DNA from: Leucoraja erinacea
Taxonomy: Eukaryota
Reading direction: 5' to 3'
Length of the DNA stretch: 64,000 bases
Assembly (NCBI RefSeq): GCF_028641065.1
Contig: NC_073410.1
Location: 7,378,001-7,442,000 of the forward strand
Part shown: positions 26,038-37,317 of the stretch, in pieces
Layout of the letters: every line of letters begins with the position of its first letter
How positions within the stretch are numbered: the first letter of the stretch is position 1
Translations under genes and position numbers: made by a program
Notes under the pieces: generated by a model
Databases searched by the model: none
Told to the model about the DNA's origin: nothing
What the model saw: the letters and a program-made list of their open reading frames with translations, nothing else

Positions 26038-26253
26038 TGCCACTGTCCCACTTAGGAAACCTGAACGGAAACCTCTGGACACTTTGCGCCCCACCCAAGG
26101 TTTCCGTGCGATTGCAGGAGGTTGCAGGAGGTTGCAGGTGGTGGAAGCAGGTAGGGAGACTGACAAAAACCTCCGGGAACCGCACGGAAACCTTGGGTGG
26201 GGCGCAAAGTCTCCAGAGGTTTCCGTTCAGGTTTCCTAAGTGGGACAGGGGCG
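26038..26253. mobile_element. Harbinger-type MITE with ~75-bp TIRs
   Basis: CTGTCCCACTTAGGAAACCTGAACGGAAACCTCTGGA...CCAAGGTTTCCGTGCG is mirrored at the right end; core has (GGTTGCAGGA)n; TSD degraded. Confidence 0.75.
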
Positions 26254-27060
26254 TTTGGATCATCAAACCTGCCGTGTTATTGGAAGTAGGCACCAAGTTG
26301 GTTGCAGTCCAGCTCCTTTACCTCTCTGTACATCTCTGGGTTCTGTTTCAAGAACGTTTACAATTGAATTCCTTTACAGCATCGTATCTGCCCTTGCATT
26401 GTAGCTCAGAAAACCTCTCCGAGTACAAAAATAATTCTTCCCATCTCCCTTTGGTTCCCATCCTTCCAATGGAAACTGTTTCGTCTCGTGGTCTGTGAAT
26501 TCTCCTCTCGATTTTGAAGATTTGTTATTTAATTGCAGCGGTAGATGGAAGATAGGACCGTTCGGTGAACTTTCGTAACGTTGATGCCAGGAACCTGGCG
26601 ACATTTATGCACTGCCTTGGTGAGGTCTGCTATATGATTTTACTGAGATTGTAAGCAAAACAAATCATTTCACTAGACCATGTAGATGTGACAATAAATT
26701 ATCATTGAATTGAATTGACGCCTGCAGCAGTGCACCACGATCATATTGAAGGTGAATGCAAAATGCTGGTGTAACTCAGCGGGCCAGACAGCATCTCTGG
26801 AGGAAAGGAATAGGTGACGTTTCGGGCCAAGACCCTTTTTCAGACTGTGTATAACCAGCATCTGCAGTTCCTTCCCATGCATATTGAAGGTGAGGGTCCA
26901 AGTGTCCACTCTCTTCTCCACCATGTGTCCAGAAGAACCGAAGGTAGACAAAAAGCTGGAGTAACTCAGCAGGACAGGCATCATCTCTGGAGAGAAGGAA
27001 TGGGTGACGTTTCGGGTCAAAATCCTTCTTCCTCAAGACCTATTCTTAAGAACCTATATT

Positions 27061-27171
27061 CAGTGGCGGACTGGCCAGGGTGTCAGCTTGCCCGATGGCA
27101 AGTGGGCCCCTGATGAAGTGGGCCCCCTTTGTCTCCTGGCAACCAATATTTTTAGACCCAGTCCGCTACTG
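27061..27171. mobile_element. hAT-type MITE (111 bp)
   Basis: TIR CAGTGGCGGACTGG / CCAGTCCGCTACTG; perfect 8-bp TSD CCTATATT at 27053-27060 and 27172-27179. Confidence 0.9.
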
Positions 27172-27859
27172 CCTATATTCAATATAAATTTTCAAACCCG
27201 TCCCCTCTCCTTTTGTTTTCCACTTGGACAACAAGCTTTGCATTTGTAGTCTGAAGTGGTTTTGGGTTTGAGATTCTTTTCAGTCAGACAATTCCAAGAA
27301 TCGGCCACAGGCCCTGGTTTGGGACAGTCTCCAGCTTGTGTGCCATAAACCTCCAGTGATCCGAGCCACATCACAACACACTAAGGACATTATTGTTGAA
27401 GACTCAAGGCCATGCCTTCCTTCCTACATGCTCTGACAGCCAGATGTTCCCCTGCACGTAAAGCCTTAATGTGCTCTGACAATTGAAAACAGACTCACAG
27501 TGATGATATTACAGGCACTACACTCAAGCTGGGACACTGATCTTGTCTGCGACTGACTTCAAAATCAGAAGCTTCATGCTGTGTGGAGGCATGCTGTACT
27601 AACTACCTATTGAGACGGCAGCACTAACTCGACAAACAGGTCAAGTCAAGTTTATTGGCATATGCATAAACAATAAGGTCCAGGTACAATGAAAGTCTTC
27701 CTTGCAGCAGTATCACAGGCACATGGACTCAGACAACACTCATAAACATCAATTATACATCAACACATACTTTCTCCTAGGCAGCGAAAAGAAAAAGATG
27801 GTGCAGGAAAGATGACAAGATATTAGTGCAAAAAGACAAATTAACTTGAGTATGATATC

Positions 27860-28150
27860 TAATAGACAATAGATGCAGGAGTAGGCCATTCAGCCCTTCG
27901 ATCCAGCACCACCATTCAACGTGATCATGGCTGATCATCCCCAATCAGTACCCCATCCCTGCCTTCTCCCCATATCCCCCGACTCGGCTATCTTTAAGAG
28001 CTCTATCTAACTCTCTCTTGAAAGCATCCAGAGAATTGGCCTCCACTGCCTTCTGAGGCAGAGAATACCACAGATTCACAACCCTCTTTGAGAAAAGGTT
28101 TTTCTTCATCTCCATTCTAAATGGCACACTCTTTATTCTTAAACTTATTC
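27860..28150 (-). mobile_element. CR1 LINE 3' end
   Basis: FSKRVVNLWYSLPQKAVEANSLDAFKRELDRALKDS. Confidence 0.85.
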
Positions 28151-28164
28151 TTTTATACTCAAAA

Positions 28165-28775
28165 TATGTAGGAAGGAATTGCTGATGCTGGTTTAAGATG
28201 GACACAAAAAGCTGGAGTAACTCAGCGGGACAGGCAGCATCTCAGGAGAGAAGGAAAGGGGTGACGTTTTGGGTTGAGACCCTTCTTCAGACAAGTCTGG
28301 GTAAAGGGGAACGAGAGATATCGACAATGTAGAGAGATAAAGAACAATGAATGAAAGATGTGCAAAAAAGTAACGATGATGAAGGAAACTGGCCATTGTT
28401 AGCTGTTTATTAGGTGAAAGCGAGAAGCTGGTGCATCTTGGGTGAGGGAGGGATAGAGAGAGAGAGAGGGAATGCCGGGGTTATTTGAAGTTAGAGAAAT
28501 CAATACTCATACCACTGGGCTGTAAGCTGCCCAAGTGAAATATGAGATGCTGTTCCTCCAATTTGCATTTAGCCTCACTCCGACAATGGAGGAGACCTAG
28601 GACAGAAAGGTCAGTGTGGGAATTGGAAGGAGAATTAAAGCGTTTAGCAACCGGGAGATCAGGCGGACTGAGCGAAGGTGTTCAGCGTAACAATCACCCA
28701 GTCTACGTTTGGTCTCGCCGATGTATAAGAGTCCACATCTTAAACGGCGGATACACTAGATGAGGTTGGAGGAGG
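28165..28775 (-). mobile_element. Penelope-like element 3' fragment
   Basis: Minus strand encodes decayed CGLLYIGETKRRLGD...KLEEQHLIFHLGSLQPSGMSIDFSNF, followed by the hammerhead-bearing tail. Confidence 0.85.
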
Positions 28776-29039
28776 CCTCAAAGCCCTGACCAATGAAGGG
28801 CATTGTACCATCCGTCTTCTGTGCCCTCACTGTCCACTTGTGTTGCCACTTTCTTGCAGCCCAAGCTCCCTCTGTACCTCAATTCTATTGAGGGTCTTGC
28901 CATGGTCCAGTAACCCCTCTCTGCCAGGCAGCCTTCACTTTGTCTAAAACCCCCCCAACATAAAGACACACCACTCTCCAGATACACCCTCATTAGTCCC
29001 AGAGGAATGCCCCTAACAGAGTCGGCAAAAAAACAAAAG

Positions 29040-29432
29040 TTTTCAAGAGAGAGTTAGATTTAGCTCTTGGGGCTAAAGGAATCATTGGATATGGGGGGGA
29101 GGGGAAAAAAATAAAAAATAAAAAGCAGGAACGGGGTACTAATTTTTGATTAAGAAGGAACTGCAGATGCTGGAAAATCGAAGGTAGACAAAAGTGCTGG
29201 AGAAAGTCAGCGGGTGCAGCAGCATCTATGGAGCGAAGGAAATAGGCAACGTTTCGGGCCGAAACGTTGCCCATTTCCTTCGCTCCATAGATGCTGCTGC
29301 ACCCGCCTAGTTTCTCCAGCACTTTTGTCTACCTACTGATTTTTGATGATCAGATATGATCATATTGAATGGCAGTGCTGGCTCAAAAGGCCGAATGGCC
29401 TACTCCTGCACCTATTTTTCTATGTTTCTATG
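29040..29432 (+). mobile_element. CR1 3' tail interrupted by a palindromic Penelope-tail element (29151-29333)
   Basis: TSD TACTAATTTTTGAT (29137-29150) / TACTGATTTTTGAT (29334-29347); insert folds back at CAACGTTTCGGGCCGAAACGTTG. Confidence 0.85.
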
Positions 29433-30349
29433 ATTCTAAAATGCTCAACAATAGAACAAAGGCGTTGGCAAGCAGCAAAAAGAGCACATAGAATCAAAAA
29501 ATAAGATGTCTGGTAGCAATTTCAAGGCTATAATCTAATCTCCGGGTTCAGTTGACATTTCCCAGCTGCTGAAGTCAGACTTGTGAGGATTTTATGATGT
29601 CATTTGAACTTCTCAATTAAATTACAGTCTCCCAACCCTTCTCGTTATCCATTAGTTCTCTATATTTCACCTTGCTGCTTGACAGGAACCAAGGATTGAC
29701 AATTGTGGATGTTTTGCCTGCAGAGTGTGCTCGGCTTTAAGAAGGATCGCGTTCCATTCACATTCTGTCAGATGCATTATCAGATCGGAAGAAGCTGATC
29801 TTCAACAGTCTCCTGCCCATTGAGATGAACGTGGCTCATTTAGAATGAGCAAAGAGCAACTGGGTTTAACGTTATGGTTTATCCTCAGTTTTCTAAAAAG
29901 ATTCAGCAGTCATACAATATGATTTGTACATATTCGCACAATAATACAATGAAGTTTAGTGGTCTGAGAAGTGATTACTGTAGTATTCAACAGATCTTTA
30001 TTGGAAAGTTCAATATCCAGCATACAGGCTTATCAGACACGTCTGCCCACAACGGTGGTCAGCGCTGAACTAACGCACGCAAGGGAAAAACCGCGCAAAA
30101 ACAACATCCCCTCCCGAGTCATGTGACCGCGGCTTCCGAACGCCGGGTTCGATATCTGCGTGCGCCAGCAGGCCCCGCTACAGAAGGACAATAATATTTG
30201 TAACATTTGTAGATAATCTTACACTTCAGATATTGCCCTGATTTGCATACCTTCAATTCCATCCAAATATTGAAAGCACCAATTGAAAGGGGATTTGTAA
30301 CTCCAGCTATTTGTTGTCTTTGTTTGGACCAACACAATGGGATCACTTT

Positions 30350-30500
30350 GATGTGGTTGGAACTGAGGTCCCATCTCCCCTATTGGGTGGGTCTTGCAAG
30401 GTTAGTTTGAGGAAAGAGAGGGAGTTATCCCTGGTGTCCTCGCCATTTATTTCCTGAACCAACACGAGTAAAACAATAAGCCTCCATTATCTAACTGCTG
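30350..30500 (+). mobile_element. DeuSINE relic, 5' part (continues at ~32858-32945)
   Basis: AACTGAGGTCCCATCT...GGGAGTTATCCCTGGTGTCCT...CATTATCT; resumes as GTGGGAGCTTGCTTTGCACAAATTAGCTGCC. Confidence 0.6.
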
Positions 30501-30523
30501 ATAGACGCAAAATGCTGCAGTAA

Positions 30524-31712
30524 ACATAGAAACATCGAAAATAGGTGCAGGAGTAGGCCATTCGGCCCTTAGAGCCTGCACCGACATTCAATATGATCAT
30601 GGCTGATCATCCAACTCAGTATCCCGTACCTGCCTTCTCTCCATACCCCCTGATCCCCTTAGCCACAAGGGCCACATCTAACTCCCTCTTAAATATAGCC
30701 AATGAACTGGCCTCAACTACCCTCTGTGGCAGAGAGTTCCAGAGATTCACCACTCTCTGCGTGAAAAAAGTTCTTCTCATCTCGGTTTTAAAGGATTTCC
30801 CCCTTATCCTTAAGCTGTGACCCCTTGTCCTGGACTTCCCCAACACAGGAACAATCTTCCTGCATCTAGCCTGTCCAACCCCTTAAGAATTTTGTAAGTT
30901 TCTATAAGATCCCCTCTCAATCTCCTAAATTCTAGAGAGTATAAACCAAGTCTATCCAGTCTTTCTTCATAAGACAGTCCTGACATCCCCAGGAATCAGT
31001 CTGGTGAACCTTCTCTGCACTCCCTCTATGGCAATAATGTCCTTCCTCAGATTTGGAGACCAAAACTGCACGCAATACTCCAGGTGTGGTCTCACCAAGA
31101 CCCTGTACAACTGCAGTAGAACCTCCCTGCTCCTATACTCAAATCCTCTTGCTATGAAAGCCAACATACCATTCGCTTTCTTTACTGCCTGCTGCACCTG
31201 CATGCCTACCTTCAATGACTGGTGTACCATGACACCCAGGTCTCGCTGCATCTCCCCCTTTCCCAATCGGCCACCGTTTAGATAATAATCTGCTTTCCCG
31301 TTTTTGCCACCAAAATGGATAACCTCACATTTATCCACATTAAACTGCATCTGCCAAACATTTACCCACTCACCCAGCCTATCCAAGTCACCTTGCAGTC
31401 TCCTAGCATCCTCCTCACACCTAACACTGCCCCCCAGCTTAGTGTCATCCACAAACTTGGAGATATTGCCTTCAATTCCCTCATCCAGATCATTAATATA
31501 TATTGTAAATAGCTGGGGTCCCAGTACTGAGCCTTGGGTACCCCACTAGTCACTGCCTGCCATTGTGAAAAGGACCCGTTTACTCCTACTCTTTGCTTCC
31601 TGTTTGCCAGCCATTTCTCTATCCACATCAATACTGAACCCCCAATGCCATGTGCTTTAAAGAATTTTGTAAGTTTCTTATAAGATCCCCTCTCAATCGC
31701 CTAAATTCTAGA
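30524..31712 (-). mobile_element. CR1 LINE, 5'-truncated, RT C-terminal half with frameshifts
   Basis: DDTKLGGSV...LQGDLDRLGEW...WQMQFNVDKCEVIHFG...LYRVLVRPHLEYCVQFWSP; longest CR1 coding piece here. Confidence 0.92.
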
Positions 31713-31739
31713 GAGTAACTCAGCGGGTCAGGCAGCATC

Positions 31740-32500
31740 AGTTCAGTTTTATATGTCACTAGACCAAGTGCAGACCCGTTGGTTCTGCTCCCCCAATGGT
31801 GTGATTCCCCCAACCCAATATTCCACCATGCACCCGTCTCCTCCAATGGAACTGAAGCCGTTGCCAAATGTAAGTTTCCAGCACTCCCCTGCCTCCCTCA
31901 ATTGCACCTCCCCTGCCTGCTGCAGCAGTGAAAAGTTCAGTGTTCCTGTCTTGCAACTTTGTTTCGAAGTGTGTTGGAAGCTGATAGGAAGGAGCAGCCG
32001 TCAACGAATCAAAAGGCAGGAAGGGATCCGTACTGCAGGCGGACGTCGGATGGATTTGAGTTTTATATATTAATAGATATGTAGGTTGACACAGGGTCAA
32101 CGGTACAATGAAATGTGTTTGACAAGACAATGGGTCACCTCAGCAATGATATTACAAGGTTAAAATTAAGATTAAAAAAAGATAAGTGACATTGGAAGGT
32201 AAAAGACAATAATAAATAAAATAATCAACATATATGATGTGTTTACGAGTTCAGAAGCCTGATGGCATGATGCTAAAACTGTTCTTAAGTCTGGTGGTAC
32301 GTGTAGCCATGCTCCTGTTTCGTCTGCCTGACGGTAACAAGGAGAACAGTCTGCGTGCTGGGTGGCTGTGGCCCTTGATGATGCTGTGTGCCTTCCGCAG
32401 GCACCGCCTGTGGAAAATGTCCTGAATGGCCAGGGGACAGTTGCCAGTGATGTGCTGTGCTGCCTTCACCACTCTCTGTAGTGATTTGTGGCTGTGGGCA
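31740..32500 (-). mobile_element. Rex1/Babar-type LINE 3' end (split by a Helitron)
   Basis: LQRVVKAAQHITG...RCLRKAHSIIKGHSHPARRLFSLLPSGRRNRSMATRTTRLKNSF. Confidence 0.8.
31759..32077 (-). mobile_element. Non-autonomous Helitron (319 bp)
   Basis: Minus strand A|TCTATTAATATATAAAA...GCAGAACCAACGGGTCTGC hairpin, ACTTGGTCTAG|T; no TSD; removal restores the host GTCATATGT. Confidence 0.8.
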
Positions 32501-32502
32501 GA

Positions 32503-32857
32503 ACATCTCTGGAGAAAAGGATTAGGTGGCGTTTCCGGTCGAGAGACCCTTCTACAGACCGAGTCAGGAGAAAGGGAAACCAGAGGTATAGATGGTGATA
32601 TAGAGAGATGTAGAACAAACGAATTAAAAAGTAACGATGAGAAAGGAAACAGGACATGGTTGCTGTGGGTGAGGTGAAAATGAGTTAGAGACAATGAGAC
32701 TCGACAAGACGACTTTGAAGTTGGAACAAGGATCAAGGTGGGGATGCAAAGGTTACTTGAAGTTAGAGAAATCAATATTCATACCGCTGTTTTGCAAGCT
32801 GCCCATGCGAAATATGAGGTGCTGTTCCTCAAATTTGCATTTGTCCTCACTCTGACA
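32503..32857 (-). mobile_element. Penelope-like 3' fragment (other pieces at 30501-30523 and 31713-31739)
   Basis: HCQSEDKCKFEEQHLIFRMGSLQNSGMNIDFSNFK* plus tail. Confidence 0.85.
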
Positions 32858-33451
32858 GTGGGAGCTTGCTTTGCACAAATTAGCTGCCTGTTTCCTACAC
32901 TTGTCACAGTTCCAAGTCCCCTTCTGTATGGAAATCAATTTGGAATTATGTAAACCCTCTGGAAAGTCTACATCCCTTTCACAGGCATTGTTTTTCATCA
33001 ACGTTTGCTCATTTCTAATGATCTCACCCACAGACGAACTTCAGTAACATTTTCCAAATAATTCCTAAAGGTTTTCCTTCACAAAGAATTAACTGCTCCT
33101 GCTAAATTAGATTCTTACGTTAGCTGCAGATGGACAGGAGCCAAAGAGCTCTCGCAACAATCTGTGTTTTATTGGAAATGCCCTGGTAAGACTTGGCACG
33201 CGAGGTTTGAGCCGTCGGACTGTCGGTTAATAAGGCAGAGAGGGTGCCTGGAGCTGGAGCACAGAGGCAGCAAGAGCCAGATGAGAAGGAAGCCTGGAAG
33301 GCAAGGAAAGCAATGTGTGAAAGAGTATGAATATTGAAAGCAAATCCAGGAACAGATGAGGTGAGAACAATGGGCCATTGCAGATCTGAGGAAAAAACGT
33401 TTTTCCGCCCAGAATGTGGATGTAATGCAGAGCTGAAAAAAAATTGTTACA

Positions 33452-33868
33452 AACATAGAAACTGGGTGCAGGAGTAGGCCATTCCATCCTTCGAGCCAGC
33501 ACCTCCATTCAATATGATCATGGCTGATCATCCAAAATCAGTACCCCGTTCCTGCTTTCCTCCCCCCATATTCCTTGATTCTGTTAGTCCTAAGAGCTAT
33601 ATGGAAACATAAAAACATAGAAAATAGGTGCAGGAGTAGGCCATTCGGCCCTTCGAGCCTGCACCGCCATTCAATATGATCATGGCTGATCATCCAACTC
33701 GGTATCATGTACCTGCCTTCTCTCCATACCCCCTGATCCCTTTAGCCACAAGGGCCACATCTAACTCCCTCTTAAATATATGAACTGGCCTCAACTACCT
33801 ATCTAACCCTCTCAAAAACATCCAGTGAATTGGCCTCCACTGCCTTCATTGGCAGAGTTTTCCACACA
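33452..33868 (-). mobile_element. Two nested CR1 3' tails
   Basis: A second tail (~33605-33800) interrupts the first at CTAAGAGCTAT|ATCTAAC. Confidence 0.75.
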
Positions 33869-35329
33869 GTTGGAAGCAAGTATGCTTAATCGAAGTGACA
33901 TTCACTTATTGCATTCAGTTCAATACAAATCTTACTGTACAGATACACAACCTTGCTTGAATGCAAGTGTAAGAATTGTAGATATTTTCTAAATTACTTA
34001 AACCTGGAATTTGTAATTCACCGCCTCAGAAATTCAAATGAGCCTGAAAAGTCTAAGGCGATAAAAAATGAAAACCGCCATTGAATTCAATGATTGATTG
34101 AGTAAAATGTTTTTTTTTTAGATATTTTAATATTTTCAATTGACTTTTTGATTTATGGTTACTTTATAAATTGGGAAAATCAATGAAATATTATGAGATA
34201 ACTGGAAACAGAGGTGATGTAACGGAATCTGATTGAAATGACTTTTACCTGCTTTAAACTCACATTAACAGAAACAAATTAAATTTATTCATGTGCCTCA
34301 GAATGATTCATATTACATCCATATCAAATATGTTAATTCCGGTTATGTGCTCAGTTATCAGTGCAACCTTAGAAACAGAAATTACATGGACCATTTTTCA
34401 TTGTTATTTAACTGTAAGCCCATACATCAAAATGTTAGTTAAAAAAATGTATTCTCCTTGTGAAAAAAAAACCACACCTCTGCACATGTGCTCGAGCCAA
34501 AATAGAAAGTGTTTAATCAAGTTGCAGCAGACAAAGGCAAACCTGGAGATGAAAAGGACATTTCCCATAGTCAGATTGCCTCCTGCACTCTAATATTAAC
34601 CTAACAAGGGTTTATGAGATGAAATTGCTTTTCCATGTCACCAAATGGGTGCACAATCGAGCAAAACAAACTCTACTTACATGGCAAGGACAGGTTTGGA
34701 GAGGTATGGACCAAACGCAGGCAGGTGGGACTAGCGTAGCTGGGACATGGTGGCCAAGTTTGGCCGAAAGGCCCATTTCCATACTGTATCACTCTATGAC
34801 TATGATTAAATAGCTCCATTGGTGACTCTTCCAGAACTTATGGATCACGACTCATAACTGACACGATGAGGAAACCCAATCTGATCTCTTGGATGTGTTC
34901 ATTTGGGGCCCAATAAGCCCCTTTAATATTCTCCAATTACAGAAGGTGATCCCATGATTTTGAGCTCTTCCTGATGCAGGATCATGACCTGAAATAATCC
35001 CTCTGTCTCCACGGATGCTGCCGGACGGACCCTGTTCTACCAGCCGTTGGTATTTTTTTGCCCCAGATTCCAACATTGAGCATTTTGTGTCTCTCCTCGA
35101 TACTTTTGCATAGAACGATACAGTGTAGGCAGGAAGTGCAGATGCTGGTTTACACTGAAGATAGACGCAAAATGCTGGAGAAACTCAGCAGGACAGGCAG
35201 CATCTCTGGAGAGAAGCAATGGGCGACGTTTTGGGTCTGAAGGGTCTCGATTGAAACTTCACCCATTCCTTCTCTCCAGAGATGCTGTCTGTCCTGTTGA
35301 GTTACTCCAGTATTTTGTGTCTATTATCA

Positions 35330-35760
35330 TGAGTGATAGTAGAATTAGGCCATTCTGCCCATCAAGTCTACTCTGCCATTCCATCATGGCTGATCTATCT
35401 CTCCCTCCTAACCCCATTCTCCTGTCTTCTCCCCATAACCACCGACACCCAATAGCTATAGAACAATACAGCACACAAGCAGGTCCTTCAGCCCACAATT
35501 TCCATGACGAACATGATGCCACTATCCTCTGCCTGTGCATGATCCACATCGCTCCATTCCCTGCATTTCCATGTCTGTCCAAAAGCCTCTTAAAGGCCAC
35601 TATCATATCCACCTCAAACACTACCCACAAGCGAATGAACAAACTACCCTTTCCAAGAACCACCACTCTCCTCTTAAAAAATGTGCCCTGCACATCAGAT
35701 TTAAAGTTTGCCCCTCTCATTTTTAATCTATTCCCTCCAGTTCATGATATTCCATCCCTG
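35330..35760 (-). mobile_element. CR1/HER1-type 3' fragments
   Basis: RGANFKSDVQGTFFKRRVV...AFKRLLDRH; tail GGGCTGAAGGACCTGCTTGTGTGCTGTA is shared with the SINE tail. Confidence 0.7.
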
Positions 35761-36170
35761 GTTCTACCGACACATAAGGAATCAACACTGAGCCAGGGGG
35801 AGAAGTGTTTGACTGTAACATTGTCTGACCAGCTTGCATAGCCCTGCTGCAGCCTCTCAGCATTGCCTCATCTAAGACTCCCCACCCACATCCTCAGAGG
35901 AATACTGCTGGGCTTTTCTTCTTGGCGTCTTCAAAGGGATTGCACTCCGAAGACACAGGAGAGGTATGGAACCCAAATGTAGTCGTGCCCTGGGCTTTCC
36001 TGTTCAGGCATGCTGCCCAAAATCGGGTCCATCTATGCACAATTATTTCACCAGAGCAAAACAACGAGTTATGTCTTTCAGACATCAATAATGCCACTTA
36101 AATGGTCTCAATGAGAGACAAATCTCAGTGTAAGCAGGACAGGCAGCTTCTTTGGAGAGAAGGAATGGGT

Positions 36171-36198
36171 GACGTTTCGGGTCAAGACCCTTCTTCAG
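36171..36198 (-). ncRNA. Minimal hammerhead ribozyme motif in a fold-back Penelope tail (~36135-36285)
   Basis: Minus strand CUGAAGAA-GGGU(CUUG)ACCC-GAAACGUC. Confidence 0.65.
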
Positions 36199-36357
36199 AC
36201 CCAAAACGTCACCCATTCCTTCTCTCCGGAGATGCTGCCTGTCTTGCTGAGTTACCCCAGCATTTTGTGTCTACCTTTAGTGTAAACTAAACAATTGAAT
36301 TGACATTCTCTTTGTACTCTGTGCCCTTCTCTCCAACTTCAAACATTTTTTTGTAGT

Positions 36358-36812
36358 TTTGTTTAGAGATACAGCACGGAAACAGGCCCTTTGGCCCATC
36401 GAGTCCGCCCCCAGCAGTGATCCCCGCACGTGAACACTATCCTACATGAGGGACAAGTTAAAAAAACACATTTAATGTCTGAAGAAGGGTTTCGGCCCGA
36501 AACGTTGCTTATTTCCTTCGCTCCATAGATGCTGCTGCACCCACCGAGTTTTTCCAGCATTTTTGTGTGCCTTTGATTTTCCTGCACCTGCAGTTCCTTC
36601 TTAAACAAAAATCAGTACCCCGTTCCTGCTTTTTTTTTTTTTTCCCCATACAAACCTGTAGGTTTTTGGAGTGTGGGAGGAAACTGAAGTTCTCGGAGAA
36701 AACGTACGTAGGTCACAGGGAGAACGTGCAAACTCCTTGCAGACAACACCCGTTGCCAGGATTGAACCAGCGCTGTAAGGCAGCAACTCTACCGCTGCAC
36801 CACCGCACTGCC
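36358..36812 (-). mobile_element. HE1-like V-SINE interrupted by a Penelope-tail/CR1 chimera (~36477-36648)
   Basis: SINE tail 36358-36460 and head 36650-36812 flank the insert. Confidence 0.8.
36479..36506 (+). ncRNA. Minimal hammerhead ribozyme motif (B subfamily)
   Basis: CUGAAGAA-GGGU(UUCG)GCCC-GAAACGUU. Confidence 0.7.
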
Positions 36813-37317
36813 GGTACCCGCATCTTGGAATTCTTAGATTATTTTTCAATTCAGTTAAATTGAAGGCCGACAGCCTTTTCTCCCCTCAGAGTGGAGGATT
36901 CGAAAACTAGAAGACTTAGACTGAAGGTGACATGGGAGAGATTTAAGAGGGACCCCAGATGCAAGCTTCTCACTCTGAGGGTAGTCTGAATATGAATGAG
37001 ATGCTAGAGGAAACTGTAAAAGTGGATAGAATATTGACTTCAAAATATATTAGTACAGCCCAGAAAGTGTTCCTATGGCCTGCAATGCCCGGGGCTGAAC
37101 ATGATGCCAAGTTAAACTCATCTCCTCGGTTGGCACTTGATCCATATCTTTCCATTCCCTGAATATCCATGCGACTAACCTCACCATCGCTATCATATCT
37201 GCCTTCAACACAATCCCTGGCAGCTCATTCTAGGCACCACGCACCACCCTGTGTAAAAAAAAAAATCTTGAAACCTTGCTTCTCTCACCTTATTTCAATA
37301 TGCAATTGGACAGATAT

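Noticed and set aside
25905-26498. 197-aa ORF with a similar peptide on both strands
   Set aside because: Artefact of the palindromic MITE at 26038-26253
30967-31452. 161-aa ORF as a host gene
   Set aside because: CR1 reverse-transcriptase fragment, 5'-truncated and frameshifted
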